Shown: piece by piece, positions 28,601 to 36,762 of the stretch
How positions within the stretch are numbered: position 1 is the first letter of the stretch
Layout of the letters: each line of letters opens with the position of its first letter
Assembly: GCA_964409935.1 (NCBI GenBank)
Contig: CAYPFP010000003.1
Coordinates: 64,230-128,229, forward strand
Reading direction: 5' to 3'
DNA from: an uncultured Planctomycetota bacterium
GTDB lineage: Bacteria; Planctomycetota; Brocadiia; JAADGH01; CAYPFP01
Length of the DNA: 64,000 bases
The notes under the pieces: model-generated
The model's database searches: none
What the model was told of the DNA's origin: nothing
Seen by the model: the letters and a program-made list of their open reading frames with translations, nothing else
Translations under genes and position numbers: made by a program

Positions 28601-29018
28601 ACGGCTTGATGTCCCGATGCACGATCCTCTTCTCGTGCGCGAAGGCCAGCGCCAGCGCTATGTCGCGCACGATCCGCGTGGCCTCCGTCAACGGCATTCG
28701 TCCGCGCTTCTCCAGCGCTTCGGCCAGCGACGCACCCTCCACGAGCTGCATCTCGACGAAGGCGATCCCCTGATCTTCTCCGGCCCGGTAGACGGTGACG
28801 ATATTGGGGTGATCCAGTTGGGCGGCGTTCTGCGCCTCCCGCAGGAACCGCTCGGAGAACGTCGGGTGCAGTTCGACCAGTTGTTCGGGCAGCACCTTGA
28901 CGGCCACGGCCCGCTTCAAACGGACATTCATGGCCCGGTACACGACGCCCATCGCGCCCCGCCCCAGCAATGCTTCGATGAAACAGTCGCCTAGCTGTTT
29001 GCCGACCAGATCGCCCAC
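25668..29018 (-). CDS. Ser/Thr protein kinase with J-domain-like module, TM helix, TPR-like region and two C-terminal DUF1080/LamG-like domains
   Basis: GTG start with GAGAGGG SD; kinase motifs GRGAMGVVY, HRDIKPSNVLL, DFGLSK, GTPLYMSPEQ; TM IMPIAVAAVVVVAALAAAAFFVA; repeated C-terminal jellyroll ending ...VDAVAVYS / ...DDVAVYS. Confidence 0.8.
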   Translation of the reverse strand: MGDLVGKQLGDCFIEALLGRGAMGVVYRAMNVRLKRAVAVKVLPEQLVELHPTFSERFLREAQNAAQLDHPNIVTVYRAGEDQGIAFVEMQLVEGASLAEALEKRGRMPLTEATRIVRDIALALAFAHEKRIVHRDIKPSNVLLAKDGTVKVADFGLSKNLSDFPEGRKVTMTGEPLGTPLYMSPEQCEGRVVTPSSDIYALGVMYYEMLAGRLPVTGRNALEIMRAHVEKHPMPIRNFAPSTPDDVVEILERMLHKSPERRFSSARDVAARLQVVLDRLQGKPAQRAASPAVERPLLRDVYRDWIGVVSADRPPNFYQLLNLPEFSASSEQVRSAAQAQLVRLQRFTDSPEHGPIAAQLVAEVRRAQSQLSDRQERAYYDRRLREIKADLVRKMGEAILAAGRPSEARIADWRIQARSTGLADEAVGQIIADVLQKRYPRKVEKPAARIMPIAVAAVVVVAALAAAAFFVARGHGKPKTGTEGAAPAPADLVAEVKKLATQGRLQEAVAMAALARSDAKQAETADQWVAKISQYEKLTRNRILDAGRMVAHAQFAEARNLYNLAAQVAPEFGENDLVHLAREGAASLSETAYSHFLSTGDEYRKEAQFDKAAAAYTEALSWTSGEDDVRKAQTMVALARGEATQKAPPSPKAPPPRAAARPDRERAESKPSQSKQPPLIECMSGESRAVIGEALLDETFDSGKTEWPLQDTEEMKAMIQEGEYHILQRMPGYCGLAQKEFDDFVMLARVRCVSDMKAAYFGLLLRGDAEGEGYRFLIATEGEDVAGTYAVIKAFGGETKVLAETTKSAAVKTGPDVYNVLEARCQGDRLRLYVNGVFIKEISDASSDSGNIGFWAFKLPLEIAVDAVAVYSLKPPAAKQPPPEAEKPEPKKAETPPAPAPPAPATPAPEKTTKAATTTPAAPEKQPSKKMSVPRPRTLALREDFSGRAAGWTQRNDDLLRVEVRSGKYIVEVVRGQDWAFYPDKTFKDFAFRADAQQTSGSSAGYYGLCFRATRQTLSAYYFLISSAGACKIFGTKGGVVFELVKETATKHLRRGLRQENTLEVVCYGPAMKFMINNYEVATLTDKSFSEGAVGFFVCDAPIQVAFDDVAVYSSD

Positions 29019-29156
29019 CGTCGCGCCCTCTCAGACACTCCGCGCCTCTACGCCCGATTCGTCCGCCGGTCCGACCGCCTGATCCGGATGCGCCGCCGAG
29101 TCTTGCCCCTCGTTCCGGCTCGTATCGTAACAGGACCATGGGGCGTTCTCAAGCCT

Positions 29157-30518
29157 CTACGGCTTCACCGAATACACCACAAAATCGTCGAATGCCGCCT
29201 TCGTGCCCTTGCCTTGGACCAGCGTCCCCACACGCCCCTTCAGGAAGTTGGCGTCGGTTACGGTCGCGGCATGGATGAAAGTCCCATCTATGAAAAACCG
29301 AAGCGAGTCGCCTTTGCACAGGGCCTCAAGAACGTATTCCTTGCCCCGTGCACTGGCTTTTCCCGCCTTTGGGGCCTCGGCAAGCGTGGCTGTCGGCCCT
29401 TCCTTGCCCCAAAGTCGCACCTGCCCGCCCTTCTCGGTAATCACCAGTTGGTAGCCCCTCCACTCATAGCCTTTCACTCCGGAAGGCACCCTCAGCAACA
29501 TCCCGCATGACCGGGGCTTGCCGTCCGGATGCTCCAAACACGTCGTTCTGACCGAAACGACAAAGTCCTCGAAATTTCCCCAGGCGTCCCCAGGGAATCC
29601 CCCGATACACTCCACTATAAACCGTCCGCCCGCGATGGATCGTATGCCATGGTGTGTCCGGCGAATCTCTCCGTCGGCCATATGATTCCACCGCTCGACG
29701 TGCAAGGGAACACCCATCGCCTCCCGCAACTCCCGCGCCACAGGCTGGGGCAACGTGGATTTGTATGGCGGCAGGGCGTCCTTCTTCACGGAGAACACGA
29801 TCAAGTCGTCAAAGCGCGCCGTGAAGCTTTCCTTTCCAGCCGCCACACACGCAAATCGCCCCCGCACTGGTAGATCGGTCTGCACTTCCGCCGTTGCCGC
29901 GTCGCTGGTACGACGCGCCGCGTCGCTGGTACGACGCGCCGCGCCGTTGAGCCACCCCTTGACCCGGTCCCCCACGCATCTCCCTTCGACGATGTTCCTC
30001 TCCTCCATCCCGAATTTCATCAGGGCCGGCGAAAGCCTCTCATACACTCGATGCAGTCGCCGGTCCCCTCCGTGCAATTCCACCATCCTCCCAAAGCGAA
30101 GCGCCAGTTCAAGAGCGGCGTTTCCGTCCTCCCGGAACTTGACGGCGGCGGTCGCCGTGGGGTCCCCGGCGCCCGAAACGGCGACCTGGAAGATGAAGTC
30201 GTCGAACCACCGTTCGAGACGAGCCAGGGTGTAGGACCTCTCCCTCTCGTCCACCAGGAAATACGCGCCGTCCCGGATGAGGCAAGACGCAGGCCCCGTG
30301 GGAATGATGGGCCAGCCGTGCACGCCCCCCGGGGGGGCGTTATCATCGAATGGTTCGTACAGCAGCAGCTTGTCCGCCAGCTTCTGGTTTTCCGGCTGGA
30401 GACGCCGTCGCAGTTCCTCAACCTTCGGTCCGACCGCCGCCTGCGGCAACTCTCTCTCCTGCGCGACCGCCGGTCCGACCGCCGGTCCCTGCCCCCCCCG
30501 CAAGGCCAAGCCTCTCAT
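29157..30518 (-). CDS. protein with two DUF1080/LamG-like domains; start uncertain, probably C-terminal part of a frameshifted larger gene; carries tandem REP-A (ARRTSDAARRTSDA)
   Basis: Tool ORF 29157..30674 has junk N-terminus overlapping upstream ORF; first plausible ATG M53; domains end AFDDFVVYSVKP like kinase C-terminus; C8 homopolymer in overlap. Confidence 0.45.
   Translation of the reverse strand: MRGLALRGGQGPAVGPAVAQERELPQAAVGPKVEELRRRLQPENQKLADKLLLYEPFDDNAPPGGVHGWPIIPTGPASCLIRDGAYFLVDERERSYTLARLERWFDDFIFQVAVSGAGDPTATAAVKFREDGNAALELALRFGRMVELHGGDRRLHRVYERLSPALMKFGMEERNIVEGRCVGDRVKGWLNGAARRTSDAARRTSDAATAEVQTDLPVRGRFACVAAGKESFTARFDDLIVFSVKKDALPPYKSTLPQPVARELREAMGVPLHVERWNHMADGEIRRTHHGIRSIAGGRFIVECIGGFPGDAWGNFEDFVVSVRTTCLEHPDGKPRSCGMLLRVPSGVKGYEWRGYQLVITEKGGQVRLWGKEGPTATLAEAPKAGKASARGKEYVLEALCKGDSLRFFIDGTFIHAATVTDANFLKGRVGTLVQGKGTKAAFDDFVVYSVKP
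29889..29930. repeat. REP-A, 2 exact tandem copies, in-frame in DUF1080 gene
   Basis: Encodes ARRTSDAARRTSDA, same peptide as at 2966. Confidence 0.85.
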
Positions 30519-31647
30519 GTATGAGCGGCACGTTGAGCAGCAGAATCCTGAACTCGCCCCCTGCCCCGCTCCCCACATAGTAGACCAGCCTAGTCCCGTC
30601 AGGCGACCACGCATGATGGCCGCGCACCCCGCTGCCTTCCATCGTGAGCTGACGCTTCGCCGTCCCGGCCTCATCCATCAGCCAGATATTGTTCATGTGA
30701 TAGAACGAGATTATCCGTCCGTCCGGCGACCATGCCGGACACGCGCCCACATTGGCCTTCATGAGAACGGCGCAATCTCCGTCAATGCGCTGCACCTGGA
30801 TGCCTGAAGACTCCTGCGCCCAATACGCGACAACGGCCTCCCTGGGCGAAGCCGCCGGACAGGTTTCCGACCCGTTGGTATGAGTCAACTGCCTTGCATT
30901 CCTGCCGTCCAGATCCGCAACCCACAGGTCCCAACGCCCGCCCTTCCGACTCATATAGCAGATGCGCCCCCCGTCGCTCGTAAACGTCGGCCAAACGGCT
31001 GAATCGGGCACGCACGAGGACAGTTGACGCGTTTCAAGGTCCAATATCCGAATGGCCATGTCGTGCGACCATATGGCCGCCTTGTCGCCAAGGGGGGACA
31101 CGGCCGGCTTGCGCGCCCGCGGAGAATGCCACGGCGCAATGGCCTTCGTGGCCACGCTAAGAACCAGCGCCGTGTCCCCGTGGTACTCGGCTGCGCCGGG
31201 TCGCGGCTCAAGCTCCACCAGAATGCTATTCCCATCGCGAAACCAGGCAAGCCGCCCCACAAGCGTGTTAGGCGGGCAGGCCATGGGTATGCGCGTCAGC
31301 AAGCTGGCAAAGTCCATCTGGCCTGGCGGGGGCAGCGCCGTATCAGGAACCGGCGCAGGCGGAGGCGGGGCTTCCGGCGCAGGCGGCGGCGGGGCCGCTT
31401 CCGGCGCGGGCGGCGCCCGGACCAGCATCATCGTGCGCGCAATCGAAAGCTCCAGCAGCATCTCCACCGCCTGCTTCTGGTAGGCCCCGATCTGGTACTG
31501 CTTTACGATGCGCATCCGCTCTTTCGCCGCCCGCTCGATGACGTCGGGGTCCCCCTCGTCCTTCGCGATGCCCAGCAATTGATGCCCCGCCGGCGGCCTC
31601 GACGGCGCCTCAACCCCAAGCCATTCCCTGTAGAAATCCCTGCCCAT
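30418..31647 (-). CDS. J-domain-like N-terminal module + Pro-rich linker + PD40/TolB-like beta-propeller; last ~30 codons look like out-of-frame read-through
   Basis: MGRDFYREWLGVEAPSRPPAGHQLLGIAKDEGDPDVIERAAKERMRIVKQYQIGAYQKQAVEMLLELS; repeats WSPDGRIISFY, WSPDGTRLVYY; tail LGLAGGAGTGGRTGGRAGERVAAGGGRTEG; overlaps next ORF by >=100 nt. Confidence 0.5.
   Translation of the reverse strand: MGRDFYREWLGVEAPSRPPAGHQLLGIAKDEGDPDVIERAAKERMRIVKQYQIGAYQKQAVEMLLELSIARTMMLVRAPPAPEAAPPPPAPEAPPPPAPVPDTALPPPGQMDFASLLTRIPMACPPNTLVGRLAWFRDGNSILVELEPRPGAAEYHGDTALVLSVATKAIAPWHSPRARKPAVSPLGDKAAIWSHDMAIRILDLETRQLSSCVPDSAVWPTFTSDGGRICYMSRKGGRWDLWVADLDGRNARQLTHTNGSETCPAASPREAVVAYWAQESSGIQVQRIDGDCAVLMKANVGACPAWSPDGRIISFYHMNNIWLMDEAGTAKRQLTMEGSGVRGHHAWSPDGTRLVYYVGSGAGGEFRILLLNVPLIHERLGLAGGAGTGGRTGGRAGERVAAGGGRTEG
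31413..31545. repeat. ~133-nt near-identical segment (92-nt perfect core) shared with 34607..34739; encodes the J-like module
   Basis: Manual alignment of the two gene 5' regions. Confidence 0.8.
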
Positions 31648-31662
31648 GCTTCGCGCGACCCC

Positions 31663-33723
31663 CTATTGTTTCGCCGCAAAGACGGCGATCTCCATGAACA
31701 TTGCAGCCACATTCGTTCCCGGAGGAGCCAGCAACCTAAGCCCGATCTTCTGCCTGGACGGACTGGACACCTTGCCCCTCCAGAGAAGGTCTCCGTCCTG
31801 CCAGACCTCAACATTCTCACCGATTGCGCAAATCTGAGCCTTTCTAAACCCGGAGACCCACCCCATGCCCTTGAAGGTTAGAGTACCGGTATTCAGCTTT
31901 CTCTCAGTGAAGCTCGATTTCTGGTCTCCCAGGCGAATGTCTACATCGTGGTCGTTGCTCCCGGCGAACATCCATCGCACCACAATGTCCGCATCCGCCT
32001 GGGGAACAGGTGCTGCCAAACGAACCGCAAAAGCCAAGATGAAGTCCGTGCATTCGCCTGTAAAGTTCGCTTCGAGGGTGCTCTGTCCCGTGGAGCGTGA
32101 GCGGAGGATGACAGGTGAAGAGGTGGAAGTTCCCGGCGCAGTACTGCCCCCTTCCACCTTCCACATCCCCGAGCCGCTGCCTGCCATAAGCCCGTCATAG
32201 GCTATGAGGTCGCCCGCTCGGCGCAGGTTCTCAGCGGAAAGCAGGCGCCGCGCACGCCCCAATTGGCCCGCCTGCAATGTCGGGCTGGGCGTCGTCCCGG
32301 CAGGCGCGCCGGTTCCTGTTCGTGTCGCCGACGCCGGCGGGGGGCCAAACGGTAGTTTGAAGGCCGTCCCCAGCGCGATGGAGCGAACCTCGTGGCTCGA
32401 GTCCGTCGCGCCGATTCGCTGCAACTTCTCTCTGGCCGCCTCTTGCCGGAAGCCGGCCAGGGCATGGCATATCGCCGCCCTGACCTCCGGCAGCAGCTCT
32501 GTGTCCACGCAGGTGAGCAGCGCATCCATCGCCGCCTGTGTACCGTGTTCGCCCAGCGACAGGGCGGCCCGCGCTCGAACGCGCCATTCCTTGTCCGACT
32601 TCATGGACTTCGCCAACGCCGCCGTTGCGGCGCGGGCCTCGTGTTCCCGCAGGAAGGCCGCGGCCAGGTATCGTTTCACATCGGACACGTTCGATTCGAG
32701 GATCGAGCACAAGGCCGAAGGGTCCCCCTGCGCGTGCTCCATCCCATACCGTCCCGCCGCCCAGATCCGCACCTTGTCAAAGCCGGCCTCCATCTTCTCC
32801 GGCGCCGGTTCCCGATCCAGGAACAAGACGCAAACGCCAAGACGCCGCACAAACATCTTCTTGTCGGAGCCGGTCGCGCCGAACGGCGAGACCAAGAGGC
32901 AACGCCGGTCGGTCTCTTCCAGCGCCGCTTTCCTTCCCTCCCAGTATGTGCGGAATGCCTGTAACGCCTCGCTGCGTGGCGTTGTCATCGAGACAGGAAA
33001 TTGCAGGTTCCGGGCCACCTGCCAGCACATGCATGGCAAGCCCTTCTCCGGACCTTGCGATCCGCTTCGAGGGGGACGCGAGGTCGCGTAGCCAAGCAGG
33101 ACATCAACAGCCTCCACCCTCGCCACACCCTCGAGTGCGCGCTCCGCCCAATATGACCACACACCCCTTGCGGGATTCGTGGCGTCAAGCGACACGACGA
33201 GAATCTCAAACGACGGCTCGTCCCCCAGGGCCGCAAGCGCCCCAAGTTCCACTGCCGCGAGGTACGAGCGGACCCAGTGTTCTTCCTTGCGCAGGCTTTC
33301 GATCAACGCCTTCGCCGCCTCGCTCATCGCGGGGTAGGAGGTCTTGAACGTGACCGGAGGTATGGGGATGAACTCGCCGGGGAATTCCACGGCGGACATG
33401 GGGGGGAGCGTGGTGGGCGCCGCCGGCGCGGGCACAGTCGCCGGAACCGGCGCAGGCGGGGCCGCATCGGGAACCGGACCGGGCGGAGGAGGAGGCGGCG
33501 CTTCCGGCGCGGGCGTCGCCAGGGCGACCACCTTCCTGTGGAGTTCCTCCAGCAGTTCCCTGCCTGACGCCAGACACGCGCAGTCTTTGTAACGCTCGTC
33601 TACCGTCAACTGTCTCAGGGCCACGATGGCGCCGCTCAAGTCCGTCTGCGCCTGCCGGCGGCAGGCCTCGATCTTCTGCGCCCCCTCCGCCTCCAGAGCG
33701 TATCGCTCCCGCTCCTTGCGCAA
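31663..33723 (-). CDS. HEAT-repeat + C-terminal DUF1080/LamG-like domain protein; TTG start as called by ORF tool, more likely the C-terminal part of a frameshifted giant gene
   Basis: Start codon is TTG at the printed sequence; frame stays open a further 84 nt upstream; HEAT/PBS-lyase-like repeats (LPEVRAAICHALAGF, SHEVRSIALGTAF); jellyroll ending IGLRLLAPPGTNVAAMFMEIAVFA. Confidence 0.45.
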   Translation of the reverse strand: MRKERERYALEAEGAQKIEACRRQAQTDLSGAIVALRQLTVDERYKDCACLASGRELLEELHRKVVALATPAPEAPPPPPPGPVPDAAPPAPVPATVPAPAAPTTLPPMSAVEFPGEFIPIPPVTFKTSYPAMSEAAKALIESLRKEEHWVRSYLAAVELGALAALGDEPSFEILVVSLDATNPARGVWSYWAERALEGVARVEAVDVLLGYATSRPPRSGSQGPEKGLPCMCWQVARNLQFPVSMTTPRSEALQAFRTYWEGRKAALEETDRRCLLVSPFGATGSDKKMFVRRLGVCVLFLDREPAPEKMEAGFDKVRIWAAGRYGMEHAQGDPSALCSILESNVSDVKRYLAAAFLREHEARAATAALAKSMKSDKEWRVRARAALSLGEHGTQAAMDALLTCVDTELLPEVRAAICHALAGFRQEAAREKLQRIGATDSSHEVRSIALGTAFKLPFGPPPASATRTGTGAPAGTTPSPTLQAGQLGRARRLLSAENLRRAGDLIAYDGLMAGSGSGMWKVEGGSTAPGTSTSSPVILRSRSTGQSTLEANFTGECTDFILAFAVRLAAPVPQADADIVVRWMFAGSNDHDVDIRLGDQKSSFTERKLNTGTLTFKGMGWVSGFRKAQICAIGENVEVWQDGDLLWRGKVSSPSRQKIGLRLLAPPGTNVAAMFMEIAVFAAKQ

Positions 33724-35032
33724 TCGGGCCTCCCACCCCCCGACCCGCAGGTTTTGCGGGAATTCGTCCCACGCGCTCGGCGACGAACTCGCCGATACGC
33801 TGGCCGGTCATTGGAAAACCCATGGCGCGCAACTCCTCTACCCGCGCACAAGCCGGTGGACGCGCGCGGCCGGTCGCCAGCTCGTCGGCCCTTTTCTTCG
33901 TCTCCTCCAGTCGAGTCAACGCGGCGGCCTGCACCTCCACCTCGACGATCTTCCTCTTCCTCTGCGCCTCCTTCCCATACTTCGACTCCGGCGCGCAATC
34001 CAGCACGGCCTGGTAACGCCTCACTATCTCCGCGTACTCGCCCGGATTCCTGGAATGGTATTGCGCCGCCTCGGCGTGGAGGTCTTTCGCCTCGGCCAGC
34101 CGCTCGTATTCCCTCCTTGCGCGCGCCCCTCGCAAACCTGCCGCCGTCAGCGCCGGCAGTTCCGACAACTCCTCGGCGGCATCCCTGTATTGCTCGCGTT
34201 CGGCCAGCCGCTGCGCCCGGTCCAGCGCCGGCCAGACCTCCTGTTCCCGCCACCACTGCCCGAAACCCGCCGTCACCATCGTCATCAGGACGACGCCCGC
34301 TGCCACGATCGCCATGTCCCGGCGGCGGCGGTGCCCGCGTTTCCACACGGCGTTGTCCACGATCTTGCGCGCCAGTTCCCCATCAATGCCCATCCGCGCC
34401 GCATGAGCCAGCAGCCGTTCCGTCAAGGCCGACCGCACCCCGCCCTGCATCAGCAGGAAGTCGCAGATCTCGCCGAAGGCCGCGGCCGCCGCGCCTCTGC
34501 CCGCCGTTTCGGGCCTCGTCTCCGGCGCCGCCTCCATCATGACGATCTCTTCGGCTTGGACCGGCGCCGCCCGGGCCGCCCGCGCCGCCGCCTCCCGCGC
34601 CCGGACCAGCATCATCGTGCGCGCAATCGAAAGCTCCAGCAGCATCTCCACCGCCTGCTTCTGGTAGGCCCCGATCTGGTACTGCTTCACGATGCGCATC
34701 CGATCCTTCGTCGCCCGCTCGATGACGGCGACATCTGTTTCCTCCGGACGCACGCCGAGCAGTTCCTCATGCGAAGGGGGCCTCTTGCCGGGCGGGATTC
34801 CCAGCCACTGCGTGTAGAAATCTTCTTGTTGGGGCGCGCGAGGCTTAGGGGCTTCCGGTTTGGGGACCGTGTGGAGCGGCGAGGGGACGGTGAGATTCGC
34901 CGCGCAGCGCGGACACCGCGTTGTCCGGCCAACCACCTCTCTTATGGCCGTAAGCACATGCCCGCACCGAGGACACTTGAACTGGAACGTGTCGTTCATG
35001 GATGTCCGCCTGTCTCCAGGACAACGCGGCAC
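33206..35032 (-). CDS. Zn-ribbon + J-domain-like module + TM helix + TPR/coiled-coil protein; 3' ~170-215 codons are out-of-frame low-complexity read-through over the next gene
   Basis: FKCPRCGHVLTAIREVVGRTTRCPRCAANL zinc ribbon; J-like module identical over ~30 aa to 30418..31647 gene; TM MAIVAAGVVLMTMVTAGFGQWW; tail GRGVGGPIAQGAGAIRSGGGGG... is compositional junk; 517-nt out-of-frame overlap with next ORF. Confidence 0.45.
   Translation of the reverse strand: MPRCPGDRRTSMNDTFQFKCPRCGHVLTAIREVVGRTTRCPRCAANLTVPSPLHTVPKPEAPKPRAPQQEDFYTQWLGIPPGKRPPSHEELLGVRPEETDVAVIERATKDRMRIVKQYQIGAYQKQAVEMLLELSIARTMMLVRAREAAARAARAAPVQAEEIVMMEAAPETRPETAGRGAAAAAFGEICDFLLMQGGVRSALTERLLAHAARMGIDGELARKIVDNAVWKRGHRRRRDMAIVAAGVVLMTMVTAGFGQWWREQEVWPALDRAQRLAEREQYRDAAEELSELPALTAAGLRGARARREYERLAEAKDLHAEAAQYHSRNPGEYAEIVRRYQAVLDCAPESKYGKEAQRKRKIVEVEVQAAALTRLEETKKRADELATGRARPPACARVEELRAMGFPMTGQRIGEFVAERVGRIPAKPAGRGVGGPIAQGAGAIRSGGGGGAEDRGLPPAGADGLERRHRGPETVDGRRALQRLRVSGVRQGTAGGTPQEGGRPGDARAGSAASSSARSGSRCGPACAGSGDCARAGGAHHAPPHVRRGIPRRVHPHTSGHVQDLLPRDERGGEGVDRKPAQGRTLGPLVPRGSGTWGACGPGGRAVV
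34607..34739. repeat. partner of 31413..31545 duplicated segment
   Basis: Manual alignment. Confidence 0.8.
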
Positions 35033-35208
35033 GCACGTACAGTGATTGTATTATATTACGGGATTTGCACAGGCACAAGCGGACGTTTTCTTGAGGTGTG
35101 CGGCGGCAGATGTCCCCGTTCACGTAGTGCCAGGCACGCGCCAAGCGTCTGGCGCGAGCCAGGCACTATGTATGCGGCTGCCCCCCACGGATGCGGTCCC
35201 CAGACCGG

Positions 35209-36702
35209 CTATTCGAGAATAATCGTCGCTACAGCCTCCTGGGCCTCTTCGACCTCCCGTTCCGAAAGCCCGCTTTCGCGCACGATTTCGGTGGAGGCTA
35301 CCTTCCCCGTGGACAGCTCCCTGGCGCCGACGGCGAACCGGCCGTCCGCCGTATACTCATATGTGACCTCCACCAGCGCCCCCTTGGGCAGCCCGACCGA
35401 GAAGTCCGAAATGACGCATTCGCCTATCTTTATGCAGGCGCTGGGGTCGGGGGCCTCTCCTTCCAGAATGCCGATGCGTATCTCGCGCTCGCCCTCCCGT
35501 ATCGTGCGAAACATCTTGGTCACCGAACACGGCAGCGGCGAGTTCTTGCGAATCATGACGAGGTTCTTGTCGCGGTCTTTCTCGCGAACGATGATCCCCA
35601 AGCTGTGGGAGTTGACGTTGGTGACCTTCTTCTGGAACATGCCCCGGAGAATGGCCCCATGGATGGCCGCGCCATGCGCAACGATCTCGTCTACCGGCAG
35701 CGAGTTCACCGGCTCTTTCTTCGTCAGTTCGCGCAGCATCTGCGCCACCATGGGCATTCGGGTCGAGCCGCCCACCAGCAGCACCTTGTCCACGTCCTTC
35801 CACGTCAGGCTGGCGTCATCGAGCACCATCTCCGTCGAGAGCTTGGTGTGTCCGAGCAGGTGGGCCGTGATGCGCTCGAAAATCTCGCGGGTGACGTCCA
35901 CCGAGATGCGGTGACCGGCGTGCGAGCACGGGATGCGCACACGCGACCGCGTGCTCAGCGTCTTCTTGGCCTCCTCGACCTCGTTGTATAGCGCCTGGAA
36001 GGACTGCGCGTCGTCGCGGGGATCGGCTCCGCACTGGCGCAGGAAGGCGTCGGCGACGTAGTTGGCCAGGGCCATGTCCCAGTCCTTGCCTCCCAGCCTC
36101 ACATCGCCGCCCGTGGCCAGCATCCGGATGCTGTCCGGCTCGATGCGGATCAACGTGACGTCGAAGGTGCCTCCGCCCAGGTCGTAAACGAGCGCCGTCT
36201 GCGGCTCGTCGCCCTTGATCCCCATCCCGTACGCCAGCGCCGCCGCCGTAGGCTCGTTGATGATGTCTACCACATTCAAGCCGGCGATTCGCCCCGCGTC
36301 CTGGGTGGCCTTGCGGCGCGTGTCGTCGAAAAAGGCCGGCACCGTAATCACCACGTCCTGAAACGGGCCGACTTGCGCCTCGGCGTCTTGTTTCAGTTTC
36401 ATCAGGATGAACGCCGATAGCGTCTCGGGCGAGTACTCCTTGCCCCGGAACTGGAATCGGAAACTCGGATTCCCCATCTCGCGCTTGATGCACTGAACCA
36501 CGCGGTCCGGATCAACCAGGGCAACGCGTTTGGCCTCCCGCCCCACCACGATGGCCTCGTCCTCGAACAGAATCACCGACGGCGTCGCAAAGTCGCCCTC
36601 CCGGTTGCGGATCGTGACCGGCTTGCCGTACACGTCCACGTAGGCGATCTCCGAGAACGTCGTGCCGAGGTCTATGCCCAGAACCGTCCCGTTTGGCGGC
36701 AT
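35209..36702 (-). CDS. Hsp70-family ATPase (non-canonical, 497 aa: full NBD + truncated substrate-binding domain)
   Basis: GIDLGTTFSEIAY, DLGGGTFDVTLI, VLLVGGSTRMPMV Hsp70 phosphate/adenosine motifs; AAGGAGG SD; first gene after promoter. Confidence 0.75.
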   Translation of the reverse strand: MPPNGTVLGIDLGTTFSEIAYVDVYGKPVTIRNREGDFATPSVILFEDEAIVVGREAKRVALVDPDRVVQCIKREMGNPSFRFQFRGKEYSPETLSAFILMKLKQDAEAQVGPFQDVVITVPAFFDDTRRKATQDAGRIAGLNVVDIINEPTAAALAYGMGIKGDEPQTALVYDLGGGTFDVTLIRIEPDSIRMLATGGDVRLGGKDWDMALANYVADAFLRQCGADPRDDAQSFQALYNEVEEAKKTLSTRSRVRIPCSHAGHRISVDVTREIFERITAHLLGHTKLSTEMVLDDASLTWKDVDKVLLVGGSTRMPMVAQMLRELTKKEPVNSLPVDEIVAHGAAIHGAILRGMFQKKVTNVNSHSLGIIVREKDRDKNLVMIRKNSPLPCSVTKMFRTIREGEREIRIGILEGEAPDPSACIKIGECVISDFSVGLPKGALVEVTYEYTADGRFAVGARELSTGKVASTEIVRESGLSEREVEEAQEAVATIILE

Positions 36703-36762
36703 CGAACGACCCCTCCTTTACACCTCCCGTACATGCGCCGGATACCGGACTTGCTGGCCTTC

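Noticed and set aside
30418-35032. Canonical DnaJ J-domain assignment for the shared N-terminal module
   Set aside because: Module lacks the HPD tripeptide (has QIG). Kept only as J-like by helix pattern and adjacency to an Hsp70 homolog; needs HMM/structure confirmation.
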